NCBI RefSeq assembly: GCF_009914755.1 | Contig: NC_060929.1 | Origin: the human T2T-CHM13v2.0 reference genome, Homo sapiens | Direction: 5' to 3' (one strand) | DNA: 64,000 bases | The notes under the pieces: generated by a model | Databases searched by the model: none | The model's input: the letters and a program-made list of their open reading frames with translations, nothing else | What the model was told of the DNA's origin: nothing | Shown here: positions 42,573 to 54,528 of the stretch, piece by piece | How the letters are laid out: every line of letters starts with the position of its first letter | Position numbering within the stretch: position 1 is the stretch's first letter | Program-made: the position numbers and the translations under genes

Positions 42573-45500
42573 ATTGCATAGCATCTGAAAAAAATCAGAA
42601 ACAATTCTTACCTTTGCTGTTCTCTATATATGGTGTTTATTCCCTCTGACTTTCAAATATTTTTTTTAAATTTTTGACTTTTTGTAGTTTAAAAATAATA
42701 TGCTAAGGTGTAGTTTCTCAGACATTCATCTTGGATTCTCTGAGCTTCCTGAATTGTAGTTTGGTATCTGACAATTTGGGAAAAAAACTCAGTCATTATT
42801 GCTTCAGATTTATCATGTTTCTTTCTGTCTTTCTTCTCCTTTTGGTATTCCCATTAGCTACATTTCACAGTTTTCAGTTGTCCTAATGTTTCTAGATGGT
42901 ATGTTTTTTAAAATTAATTAATTAATTAATTTTTAAACTTTATTTTGGGTTCAGAAGTACGTGTGCTTGTTTGTTATATAGGTAAATTGTGTGTCATGGG
43001 GACTCTGTGTACAGATAATTTATCCACCCAGATAAGAAGCATAATACCAAATGGGTAGTTTTTCAAGCCTTACCCTTCTTCCTCCCTATACCCTCAAGTG
43101 GCCCCTGATGTCTGTTTTTTCCTTCTTTGTGTCCATATTTACTCAACGTTTAGCCTCCATGTATAATTGAGACCATGCAGTGTTTGGTTTTCTGTTTCTG
43201 TATTAGTTCACTTAGGATAATGGCCTTCAACTCCATTCACGTTGCTGAAAAGATGATCTCATTCTTTTTTTTTTTATAACTGCATAGTATTCTAAGGTGT
43301 ATATGTACTACATTTTCTTGAGTCAGTCTACTACTGATGGGAATTTAGGTTAATTCCATTTCTTTGGTATTGTGAATAGTGCTGCAATTAACCTACATAT
43401 GGATACATCTTTATGGTAGAAAATTTATTCCTTTGGGTGTATACTCAGTATTGGGCTTGCTGGGTCAAATTACCTTCCCACTAGAAATGTCCAGGAATTT
43501 ATCCATTTCTTCTAGGTTTTTTGGCTTCTGTGCACAGTAGTGTTTGGAGTAGTCTCTGAGGGTTTTTTTGTATTTCTCTGGGGTCAGTGATAATGTCCCC
43601 TTTGTCATCTCTAATTGTTTATATACCTCATCTCTTTTTTTCTTTGTTAGTCGAGCTGGTGGTCTATCTTATTAATTCTTTCAAATAACAAATTTCTGGA
43701 TTCTTTTATCTTTTGTATAATTTTACATGTCTCAATTTCCTTCATTTCAGCTCTAATTTGGGTTGTTTCTTGTCTTTTGCTAGATTTGAGGTTGGTTTGC
43801 TCTTGTTTATCTAGTTCCTCTAGTTGTGATGTTAGGGTGTTAATTTGAAATCTTTCTAGCTTTTTGATGTGGTCATTTAGTACTATAAACTTCCCTCTTA
43901 AAACAGCTTTACCTGTCTCCCAGAGATTCCAGTATGTTGTATCTTTGTTCTTATTAGTTTCAGAGAACCTCTCAATTTCTGCCTTAATTTTATTAATTAC
44001 CCAGAAGCCATTCAGGATTTTTTAATTTCCAAGTAATGGTATGGTTTTGAGGGATTTTCTTAGTACTGATTTCTATTTTTATTGCATTGTGGTCAAGAGT
44101 GTGATTGGTATGATTCAGGTGGTTTTGAATTTGCTGAGGATTGTTTTATGTTAATTTATGTGGTTGATTTTGGAAGTATATTCTGTTGTTTTGGAGTAGA
44201 GAGTTCCGTAAGATGTCTATTAGGTCTATTTGGTCAAGTGTTGAGTTCAGATCCTAAATATCTTTGTTAGTTTCCTGCTTCCATAATGTGTTTAATATTC
44301 TCAGTAGGGTGTTGAGGTCTCCTACTATTATGTGTGGTTATCTAAGTCTCCTCATATATCTCTAAGAATTTACTTTATGAATCTGGGTGCTCCTGTATTG
44401 GGTGCTTGTATGTTTAAAGTAGTTAGGTCTTGTTGAATTGAGCTCTTTACCATTATGCAATGCCCTTGCTTGCCTTTTTTTATCTTTGTTGGCTTAAAGT
44501 GTGTCTTGTTTGAAATTAGAATAGCAACCCCACTTTTTTCCCATGTTTTGTTTGCTTGGTAGATTTTTCTCCATCCCTTTATTTTGAGCCTATGGGTGTC
44601 ACTGCATGTTAGATGGGTCTCTTGAAGACAGAATACTGTTGAGTGTTGCTTCTTTATCTAACTTACCACTCTGTGCCTTTGAATTGGAGCATTTAGCCAT
44701 TTACATTCAAAGTTAGTATCGATCTGTGTAGATTTGATCCTATCACCATGTTGTTGGCTGGTTACAGTGCAGACTTGGTTTGTGTGGCTTCTTTATACTG
44801 TTACTGGTCTATGTACTTAAGTGTGTTTTTGTAGTAGCTGGCAACAGTCTTTTTTTTTTTTTTTTTTCTCAATATTTAGCACTGTCTTCAGGACTTACTG
44901 TAAGGCAGGCCCAGTGGTAACTAATTCCCTTAGCATTTGCTTGTCTGAAAAAGATCTTATTTTTACTTTACTTATAAAACTTAGTTTGCTTAAAGTCTCC
45001 TAAGGGAGCAAGGTGAGCCTTGTGGGATGGGCATCCCAGGCCATGCTGCACTGCAGGTGCTCCTGCACCAAACACTCTGGGCTCCACACTGGCTGGAGTT
45101 CTGTCTGTACACCTCTCTAAGCAGTTCTGCCTGCCAGCTCAAGTTTCTGTGGGTGTTGCAGGGTCTCTTGCTCTTAGGATTCTAGAGGTCTCTAGTGAAA
45201 GCAAACCACTCTTCATCTGTTCAACTCACCTCTTTCATAGGAGTCACTGGCATTCAGGAATGAGTCCTGGTGCTTGGTAGCTCCCTGTGGGGTTCCTAGC
45301 TTCATTCCTACTTCAGTCTAGCATCTGCATCCACCCTTCATCTACTTGCAATGCCTTTCCTCTGAAGATCTTCTCAGAGTGTGCCAGTTATCCTGATGTC
45401 CTGGTCTCTCAGTGGCAGATGTTCCTCCTGGCTTTGTCTAGTAGGCCATCTTGCCTCCCTCTTCCATAAAAAAATTGTTTATTTTTTTCAGACTTTTTTG

Positions 45501-46380
45501 TTTTTGCTTTCTTCTAGTGTTGGAAGTTTCTACTGAAACATTCTTAGGCTCAGAGTGTTTTTTTCCTTAGTCATGTGTACTGTATTTATAAGCCAATAAA
45601 AGTATTCTTTATTTTTGTTATGTTGTTTTTGCTCTCTGGCATTCCTTTTTTATTTGTTCTTTCTTATTATTTCCATCTCTCTGCTTAGATTGTGAATTTG
45701 TTATTGCATGCTATCTATTTTATCCATTAGAGTCCATAGAATATTAACTATTATAAATTCAAATTCCTGGTCTGATAATTTCAATATCCCTGCCATAGCT
45801 GAGTCTGGTTTTGATGCTCGTTCTATCTCTTTAAACTGTACCTTTTTGTCTTTTAATGTGTATTGTAATTTTCTCATGATAGTTGGACATGATATTCTGG
45901 GTATAATTAACTGCTGTAAATCTGCCTTTAGTAATGCTATGGTAAGTTGTGGTGGGAGGAGATGCATTCTCTAGTCCTGTAATTAGGTTTCAACCTTTCA
46001 GTGCACCTATACCTCTGAACAGAGATCTTCATATGTGATTATTATGTTCCACCCTTTTTCCTCTTAGGTGGAACAGAATGCCTAGAAGGGAGCCAAAGTT
46101 GGGCATTTCTTTTCCCTGAGGTCAGCTAGGCTCTGATAAACTCCAGCAGGTTAGATCTGGTTAGTTAGTTTCTTCTGAGGGAAGTCCTCGTTAAGAAAAA
46201 CAGAATACTCTGCCATATTTCAAAATGGTCCATTTTCCTCTCTCCCTGCCAGAAGTATAAGGCGATTCTTCTCCAATATTTATTGTAAGATCCTTTTTTA
46301 TGTAAAGCTCAAAAAAGTGTAGGGACTCCCATATAACAGAGTCCCCCCTAGATTTTTTAGCTCTCAAACTTGTTCACATT
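42573..46380 (-). mobile_element. L1MD/L1M4-type ORF1-5' region, split by L1PA15/16
   Basis: Segments 42573-42910 and 45470-46380 are collinear with 23836-25760. Confidence 0.7.
42925..45462 (-). mobile_element. L1PA15/16-like element with both termini and two large internal deletions
   Basis: 3'UTR 42925-43470; jump into ORF2 at ~43487; jump into 5'UTR at ~44990; 5' end GGCCATCTTG. Confidence 0.8.
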
Positions 46381-47053
46381 TTAGTTTTGTAATTTCTAAA
46401 AGATAGACACACTTGTCAGAAAATACATGAAGATAAAATGTCAGCAATTTTTCTTGCAGTTTATGTAATGAAAGTTTCTGCATTACTTAAAAATCATTTT
46501 TATAAACAATATGGTAAGTAGTAACATACGGGTGAAACATGACTTTTATCGGTGAAACATGAAGATTTAAATATGAATTTTACCTTTCCGAAGCTGCACT
46601 GACACTTGCATATATCAGTGGTCCATTTCTTTCCCTTTTCCCCAAGGGATAGTTTAAGGGGGAAGATTTTGAGAAACATTGCTATTGGACAGAAAATTGC
46701 TTTCTTGCTAAGACTCACTAAAAGCAGGGGAAGTGCCTACTTTAACCCAGATGTGAGGGAGGCTGATGTTCTAGGTGATGCTGACATCTCTCCACATCCT
46801 CCATAGTTGACTGTGTTCTCAGGGAGGACCTGGAAACATGCAGCAATTACCCCTGTTTTGGAATGACTGTGCTAAGAAAGTACAAAGGTGAGAGAGGTTT
46901 TGTTGCATAGAAACCCTGAAAGGCAGGCAGAGCTGATTTCCAGAGCACTATGTTTAGAGGTTAAGATGCCTCCTTGTGGCTGATAAACAATGATGATAAT
47001 GTTGCTGCAGGTAAACAGGCAATTAAGAGAGAATCTTTGATGAATGATGATAC

Positions 47054-47205
47054 TGTCTTAGTCCATTCAGGCTGCTATAACAAAATAACTTAGACTGGGT
47101 AACTTATCAACATCATAAATTTATTTCTCACAGCTCTGGAGGCTGTGAAGATCAAAATCAAGGCAGGGGCAGGTTCAGTGAGGCCACTTATTAGTTCATA
47201 AAGAA
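47054..47205 (-). mobile_element. MLT1A/MSTD-type LTR 3' fragment
   Basis: TGTCTTAGTCCATTCAGGCTGCTATAACAAAATA. Confidence 0.8.
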
Positions 47206-47210
47206 TACTT

Positions 47211-47611
47211 TTTCCAGCTTCATCCATGTCCCTACAAAGGACATGAACTCATCATTTTTTATGGCTGCATAGTATTCCATGGTGTATATGTGCCACATTT
47301 TCTTAATCCAGTCTATCATTGTTGGACATTTGGGTTGGTTCCAAGTCTTTGCTATTGTGAATAGTGCCACAATAAAAATACGTGTGCATGTGTCTTTATA
47401 GCAGCATGATTTATAATCCTTTGGGTATATACCTAGTAATGGGATGGCTGGGTCAAATGGTATTTCTAGTTCTAGATCCCTGAGGAATCACCACACTGAC
47501 TTCCACAATGGTTGAACTAGTTTACAGTTCCACCAACAGTGTAAAAGTGTTCCTATTTCTCCACATCTTCTCCGGCAGCTCTTGTTTCCTGACTTTTTAA
47601 TGATTTCCATT
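47211..47611 (-). mobile_element. Young L1PA internal fragment (ORF2 C-terminal part), no tail
   Basis: Near-consensus TTCCAGCTTCATCCATGTCCCTACAAAGGACATGAACTCATC... Confidence 0.92.
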
Positions 47612-47970
47612 ATCTTGGGTGGTGACAAAGTAAAGTGTAACATCTGGAGATTTCACCAGATTAAAAGCTGCACATTCTGAACAGGATGCTCTATTGGTCA
47701 ATTAGTTATCCATCAATAACAAAGCCTCATTAAAGTATAATGTGAAAGGTAAAGAAAAAACTAACAAAAAACAAATAATGAAGACTAGTTAAATGATCAT
47801 TGATTCTCCAAACTATAGTTTCATGAGATATCTGTAATCAGAGATATTTGGATATAGAAAAGTTAACTTAGAAAAATGTATCTCTGAATACAATCATCCT
47901 ACTTTTCTATTTGGGGGATATTTATATATTCTAGATCCTAGTGAACTTCTTAAAAAGTTAAAGCCATGGG

Positions 47971-49222
47971 TCTAGCCATATATAGAAAACAGAAACTGGA
48001 CCCTTTCCTTATACCTTGTACAAAAATTAACTCAAGATGAATTAAAGACTTAAATGTAAAACCCCAAACCATAAAAACCCTAGAAGAAAATCTAGTCAAT
48101 ACCATTCAGGACATAGGCTGGGCAAAGACTTCATGACTAAAATGCCAACAGCAATGGCAACAAAAGCCACAATTGACAAATGGGATCTAATCAAACTAAA
48201 GAGCTTCTGCACAGCAAAAGAAACTATCATCAGAGTGAACAGGCAACCTACAGAATGGGAGAAAATTTTTGCAATCTACCCATCAGACAAAAGTCTAATA
48301 TCCAGAATGTACAAGGAACTTAAACAAATTTACAAGAGAAAACAACCCCATCAAAAAGCGGGCAAAGGATATGAGAAGACATTTCTCAGAAGAAGACATT
48401 TATGTGGCCAAAAAACATATGAAAAAAAGCTCATCATCACTGATCATTAGAGAAATGCAAATCAAAGCCACAATGAGATACCATATCACATCTGTTAGAA
48501 TGGAGATTATTAAAAAGTCAGGAAACAGATGTTGGTGAGGCTGTGGAGAAATAGGAATGCTTTTACACTGTTAGTGGGAGTGTAAATTAGTTCAACCATT
48601 TTGGAAGACAGTGTGGCGATTCCTCAAGGATCTAGAACCAGAAATACCATTTGACCCAGGAATCTCATTACTGGGTATATACCTAAACGATTATAAGTCA
48701 TTCTCCTGTAAAGACACATGCACACATAATGTTTATTGTAGCACTATTTACATTAGCAAAGACTTGGAATGAACCCAAATGCCCATCAATGGTAGACTGG
48801 ATAAAGATAACGTGGCACATATACACCATGGAATACTATGCAGCCATATAAAAGAATGAGTTCATATACTTTGCAGGGACATGGATGAAACTGGAAGCCA
48901 TCGTTCTCAGCAAACTAACACAGGAACAGAAAACCAAACACTGCATGTTCTCACTCATAAGTGGGAGTTGAACAATGAGTACACATGGACACATGGAGGG
49001 AAACATCACACACTGGGGCCTGTCAGAGGGTGGAGGGCAAGGGGAGGGAGAGCATTAGGACAAATACCTAATGCATGCAGGGCTTAAAACCTAGGTGATG
49101 GGTTGATAGGTGCAGCAAACCACCATGGCATATGTATACCTATGTAGCAAACTTGCAAGTTCTGCACATGTATCCCAGAACTTAAAAAAAAAGAAAAAAA
49201 AATCACTGGGTGTGGCTGGAAA
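47971..49222 (+). mobile_element. 5'-truncated L1PA7/8-like with poly(A) and TSD
   Basis: ORF 48133-48450 matches ORF2p ([18 protein letters not shown]-like); 3'UTR; TSD AAAAAGTTAAAGC[C/A]ATGGG at 47952-47970 and 49223-49241. Confidence 0.93.
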
Positions 49223-49406
49223 AAAAAGTTAAAGCAATGGGCAAAGTAGTTATGTGAAACTTTGGGGACCAACAAAAAGGACAGTTTTATATTGAAAAAA
49301 TAATATTTTACCTTTGGGGAGAACAATGCCAACATCCCACCTGTTGGATAAGCTGGGCATCTATGAGGCTCTGATCTTCCAAGTTCTGGGTAAGTTGTTC
49401 ACCATC

Positions 49407-49667
49407 TGTATCAATTTACTGATGCTGCTGTAACAAAGACCACAAACCAGGTTCTTAAATACCAGTTCTGGAAGCTAGAAGTTCAAGATCAAGGTATCAG
49501 CAGTGTTGGTTCCCTCTGAGGCTATGGGGGAAGGCTCTGTTCCAGGCCTCTCTCCTTGACTTATAAATTGCTATCTCCTTCCTGTGTCTTCATATTGGTC
49601 TCTGTGTCCAAATTTCCTTTTTTCTGTAACCACACCAGTCATATTGGATTTCATTTGATTTACTCTG
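49407..49667 (-). mobile_element. MLT1B-like LTR, interrupted by THE1B
   Basis: CAGTTCTGGAAGCTAGAAGTTCAAGATCAAGG...CACCAGTCATATTGGATT. Confidence 0.8.
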
Positions 49668-50638
49668 TGATATGGTTTGGCTGTGTCCCCACCCAAATCT
49701 CATCTTGAATTCCTACCTGTTGTTGGGGAGAGCCAGTGGGAGGTAATTGAATCATGGGGACAGGTCTTTCCTGAGCTGTTCTCATGGTAGTGAATAAGTA
49801 CCATGAGATCTGATGGTTTTAAAAAGAAGAGTTCTCCTGCTCAAGCTCTCTCTCTTTGCTTGCTGCCATCCATGTAATATGTGACTTGCTTGTCCTTGCC
49901 TTCCTTCCACCTTGATTGTGAGGCCTCCCCAGCAATGTGGAACTGTAAGTCCAATAAGCTTCTTTCTTTTATAAATTGCCCAGGCTCAGGGATGTCTTTA
50001 TCAGCAGTGTGAAAACAAACTAATACAGTAAATTGGTACCAGTAGAATGGGATGCTGCTGAAATGGTACCAAAAATGTGGAAGCAACTTTGGAACTGGGT
50101 AACAGGCAGAGGTTGGAACAATTTGGAGAGCTGAAAAGAAGACAGGAAAAATGTGGGAAAGTTTGGAACTCCCTAGAGACTTGTTGAATGACTTTGACCA
50201 AAACGTTGATAATATGGACAATAAAATCCAGGCTGAGGTGGTCTCAGATGGAGATGAGGAGCTCATTGGGAACTGGAGCAAAGGTGACTCTTGTTACATT
50301 TTAGCAAACAGACTGGTGGCATTTTGCCCCTGTCCAAGAGATTTGTGGAACTTTGAACTTGAGAGAGATAATTTAGGGTATCTAGCAGTAGAAATTTCTA
50401 AGCAGCACAGCATTCAAGAGGTTACTTGGGTGCTGTTTAAGGGATTCAATTTTAAAAGGAAAACAGAGCATAAAAGTTTGGAAAATTTGCAGCCTGACAA
50501 TGCAATAGAAAATAAAATCCCTTTTTCTGAGGAGAAATTTAAGCTGGCTACAGAATTTTGCATGAGTAAGGAGAAGTTAAAATGTTAATCCCCAAGACAA
50601 TGGGGAAAATGTCTCTAGGCCATGTCAGAGATCTTTGC
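49668..50638 (+). mobile_element. THE1B 5' LTR (49668-50027) plus truncated THE1 internal
   Basis: LTR TGATATGG...CTAATACA; internal GTAAATTGGTACC; MaLR internal ORF remnant 50151-50588. Confidence 0.92.
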
Positions 50639-51358
50639 CTAAATTACAAAAAAACAAACAAACAAAAAAAAAAAAACAGAAAGAAAAACAGAGAGGAAAT
50701 CCAAAGGAAATCCAAAATGACAAAATGTATTAAGTTTTTATTTAAAAGTAGAGAAAAAGATCAAAACCATTCAGTTAGTTTAATTTCAGAGCACTAGCTT
50801 GGTCTTCACGCAGCACCCTGAGTGAAAGAGAAACATCCACAGGCAGCCAATTGCATTGCGAGGCAGCTCTAATTTTTGTCAAGGTCTTCCTTATATTGAG
50901 GAAAAATTTACCTACCCAAAGTTTCGAGTAACTGTCCTGCATATAAATGAGAATCTTTTCACGTTAGGATTTGCTAGAGACTTGGATTCAGGTAAAATAT
51001 CTGGGGCTAACGTGCTGGCTGCCTTCAACTTCTTGTCTTCATTCAACTTTTCTTCAGGTGACAAAGCTGGCTTAGCTGTCTCAGCTGTAGTTGGTCTCGT
51101 TGGAACATTCTCCAGTGTGGCCTTGTCTCTGAACCCAAGAACAGAATGTGGGATTCTGACTATGGTTCTGTGTGGTGCTGAGCGCAGCGGAGTGGAAGGT
51201 GATTATCACCTACCTGATGTGAACCTTGAGCATCCACTGAGGCCACAACTACACATGGCCCACATGGGAGGTGGGCCAGAGTGTACCATAAACAACTTCA
51301 GGCTTTGGATTCTGCTGATAGTTACATATAGTTCAGAACACAATTTAATATTATAAAA

Positions 51359-51559
51359 CAACATTGGCAAACTATGGTCTGCAGGCCGAATCTGTTTTTG
51401 TAAATAGTTTTATTGCAACACAGCCACACCTATGTTACGTATAGTCTGTAGCTGCTTTTCTGCTGCAGCAGCAGAGTTGAACAATTGCAGCAGAGATGGC
51501 GTGACCTGCAAATACTAAATTTTATCAGGCCCTTTACCAAAACAACTGCCAACTCCTCG
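51359..51559 (+). mobile_element. MER58A-like hAT MITE
   Basis: TTGGCAAACTATGG...TTTTATTGCAACACAGCCAC...GGCCCTTTAC...TGCCAACTCC. Confidence 0.85.
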
Positions 51560-51675
51560 TTATGGCATGGCATGTCTATGATTTTTGCCCCCAAAATATT
51601 TGGCTATTGTATTATCTCCCTCCAAAATTGTAGTTGGACAGAATCATAAAATCGGAGAGACCTGAGAGAACTATG

Positions 51676-51956
51676 GTAATCCCAGCACTTTGGGAGTCTG
51701 AGGTGGGCAGATCATTTGAGGTCGGGAGTTCAAGACCAGCCTGACTAACACGGTGAAACCCTGTCTCTACTAAAAATAAAAAGAAAAAAAAATTAGCTGG
51801 GCGTGATGGCGCATGCCTGTAGTCCCACCTACTGGGGAGACCGAGGAAAGAGAATTACTTGAACCCAGGAAGTTGCAGTGAGCTGAGATCGCGCCACTGC
51901 ACTCCAGCCTGGGTGACAGAGCAGGACTCCGTCTCAAAAAAAAAAAAAAAAAAAAA
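51676..51956 (+). mobile_element. AluS, missing first ~23 nt
   Basis: Alu dimer with pure poly(A) tail. Confidence 0.92.
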
Positions 51957-53534
51957 GGCTTTGAAATATTTTTAACTGTGTATTTATTTAAATGAATTCT
52001 TGCTCTGTCAAAGTTAAACTTATTTTGTAGTTTGGAGGTTTGGAGCAGGCCGAAATAAGTCACCTCCTTCTTCCAAGGGAGGCCTTCAAATCTGTGATAT
52101 GCTATGAGGTTTTCCTTTAGTTTCCTCCGTGGGTGGACCATCTCCTGGTATAAAGCAATCCTTTGAAAGGAGCCTTCTAGGCCCCTCCTGGTACCCTGGC
52201 TTCCTCAGTCTCTCATCAAGGGTTCTCAGTTGCATGGTAGAGGTGTTCCCCGGGTACCTTCTTATTTCATCTCTCTAGCTTTGGCTCATTGGCACAGACC
52301 TCAGTAGGTTTCTCATTTTGTGCTTCACTTTGGGTTTATTAGAAACACCAAGTTTAAAGTTAAGGCAAACTGTATCAGAAGTAGCTTATTGAACTCTAAT
52401 AAGTAATCTGTTTTTCTAAACCTGAATGCATCTTTTTCCATAATATTTTTATTGCTATAATGAAGTTGTGACCTATGAATGCCATACACTTCAGCTGTCT
52501 CTCAAATAGAGAAAGTAGAGAGAATAAAATTGATTTAAAAATGTTTTTATCTCTATCTTTCTCTCTCTCTTTCACTAATTGATTTCTACCTTCAGAGCTG
52601 CAGATCATGGGAATTTGTCCGGCTCCCCAGAGGCACCCAGATGCTGGGGTGATCCACACAATATCACTCACAACCTGTGATTCTTCAAGGTTTGCTTCAC
52701 ACTATAGCATTTCATAAAAGATGTGCATTACAGCTTAAATTGCAGTCCATTTTAGATTAAATGAAGTAGGGTGTTTTAGTGGTGAACAGATAATTCTAAG
52801 AAATAATCACATTTAAATTTATTTCTGCTCTGGGAAATATTCAGTGAATTGGAAAAAACCATGATGCAATAAATTTTAAAATAGGTCTTTCTATGAGGGT
52901 ATTCTGATAGTTCTGGCAGCATACACATTTCTCCCCTGTAGGATAATTGCAAATTAATATTAACACTTGGACTCAGTCCCTTGACAGCTGTGAGAACGCA
53001 AGCCTTGCAGGATTGGCTGCTTAAACATCAAGCTGTTTTTCAAAAAGAAAGCCAAAGAGAAGATTCATAAAAATGAATTGCAGTAAGGATAAACCCACAA
53101 GGAGATAATAAATATTTTTAAAAATCACTATGCCTTAGTGAAGAGAACTTGTGAGAGCATTAAGCTGGTCTCATTGACTGCCTCCCTTCCCTGGCTGTGG
53201 TTACTCAGGGGTCAGGAGCCTTCATAGAGTTGCAGTCATTATTTGTTTACCCTTTGGCTGTGCAGATGACTGTTTGCCCCTCAGAGGCAGAAACCAGGTA
53301 ATCTGGTACTATAATTTTTCATCTACCCTATCTCCCCAACACTCTTCTGCAGAAATGATCTAGTAATGTAGTAATAACAACCTGACAACTAGATTAGTAA
53401 ATGTTTCCTGAATGGAAAAGAAAAAAAAAAAAAACAAAGGAAGATAGTTAGGTAACTGATGACCTTAGGTAACTGTTGACCTTAGCAGGGATGATTTCAG
53501 AAGAAAGATGGGAATTACAGAATTTGCAGTTTGA

Positions 53535-53677
53535 GGCTGGGTGCAGTGGCTCATACCTATAATCCCAGCTACTTGGGATGCTGAGATGACAGGATCACTT
53601 TGAGTCCAGGAGTTCAAGGCTGCAGTGCACCATGATTGTGCCACTGCACTCCAGCGTGGGAAACAGAGAGAGATTCT

Positions 53678-53678
<1 letters not shown>
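53535..53678 (+). mobile_element. Alu monomer (FRAM/FAM-like)
   Basis: Single arm GGCTGGGTGCAGTGGCTCA...CCACTGCACTCCAGC; TSD ATTTGCAGTTTG at 53522-53533 and 54531-54542. Confidence 0.8.
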
Positions 53679-53730
<52 letters not shown>

Positions 53731-54528
53731 AAGAAAAAAGAAAAGAAAGGAAAGAAAGAAAGAAAGAGACAGAGAGACAGAGAAAGAAAGAAAGAAGAAA
53801 GGAAGGAAGGAAGGAAAAGGGAAGGGAAGGAAGGAGAAGGGAAGGAAGGAAGGAGAAGGGAAGGGAAGGAAGGAAGGAGAAGGGAAGGGAAGGAAGGAAG
53901 AAGGAAGGAAGGAAAGAAAGAGGAAGGAAGCAAGGGGAAGGAAAGGAAGGAAGGAGAAGGGAAGGGAAGTAAGGAAGGAAGGAATGAAGGAAGGAAGGAA
54001 GGAGAAGGGAAGGGAAGTAAGGAAGGAAGGAATGAAGGAAGGAAGGAGAAGGGAAGGGAAGGGAAGTAAGGAAGGAATGAAGGAAGGAAGGAAGGAGAAG
54101 GGAAGGGAAGTTAAGTAAGTAAGGAAGGAAGGAATGAAGGAAGGAAGGAAGGAGACAGGAAGGGAAGTAAGGAAGGAAGGAAGGAAAAGGGAAAGTAAGT
54201 AAGGAAGGAAGGAGAAGGGAAGGAAGGAGGGGAGGGAGGGAGGGAAGGAAGGAAGGAAAGGAAGGAAAGGAAAGGAAATGAAGGAAGGAAGGAAGGAAAG
54301 GAAAGGAAGGAAGGAAGGAAAGAAGGAAGGAAGGAAAGGAAAGGAAAGCAAGGAAGTATGGAAGGAAAGGAAAAGAAAGGAAGGAAGGAAAGGAAAGGAA
54401 GGAAGGAAAGGAAGGAAAGAAGGAAAGAAAGAAGGAAGGAAAGGAAAGGAAGGAAGGAAGAAAAGGAAGGAAAGAAGGAAAGAAAGAAGAAAGGAAGGAA
54501 GGAAAGGAAAGAAAGAAAAAGAAAGAGG
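53679..54528 (+). repeat. ~850-bp polypurine (GAAA/GGAA) low-complexity tract
   Basis: Directly visible; almost all A/G. Confidence 0.97.

Noticed and set aside
41861-50638. THE1B 3' half and THE1B 5' half as one rearranged element
   Set aside because: The two LTRs differ by indels near their 5' ends and their outer flanks (ATTGC versus CTCTG) are not a TSD, so two independent insertions are more likely
50856-51356. 166-aa ORF in apparently unique DNA
   Set aside because: Non-ATG start, no recognisable domain; overlaps a probable antisense L3/CR1 remnant
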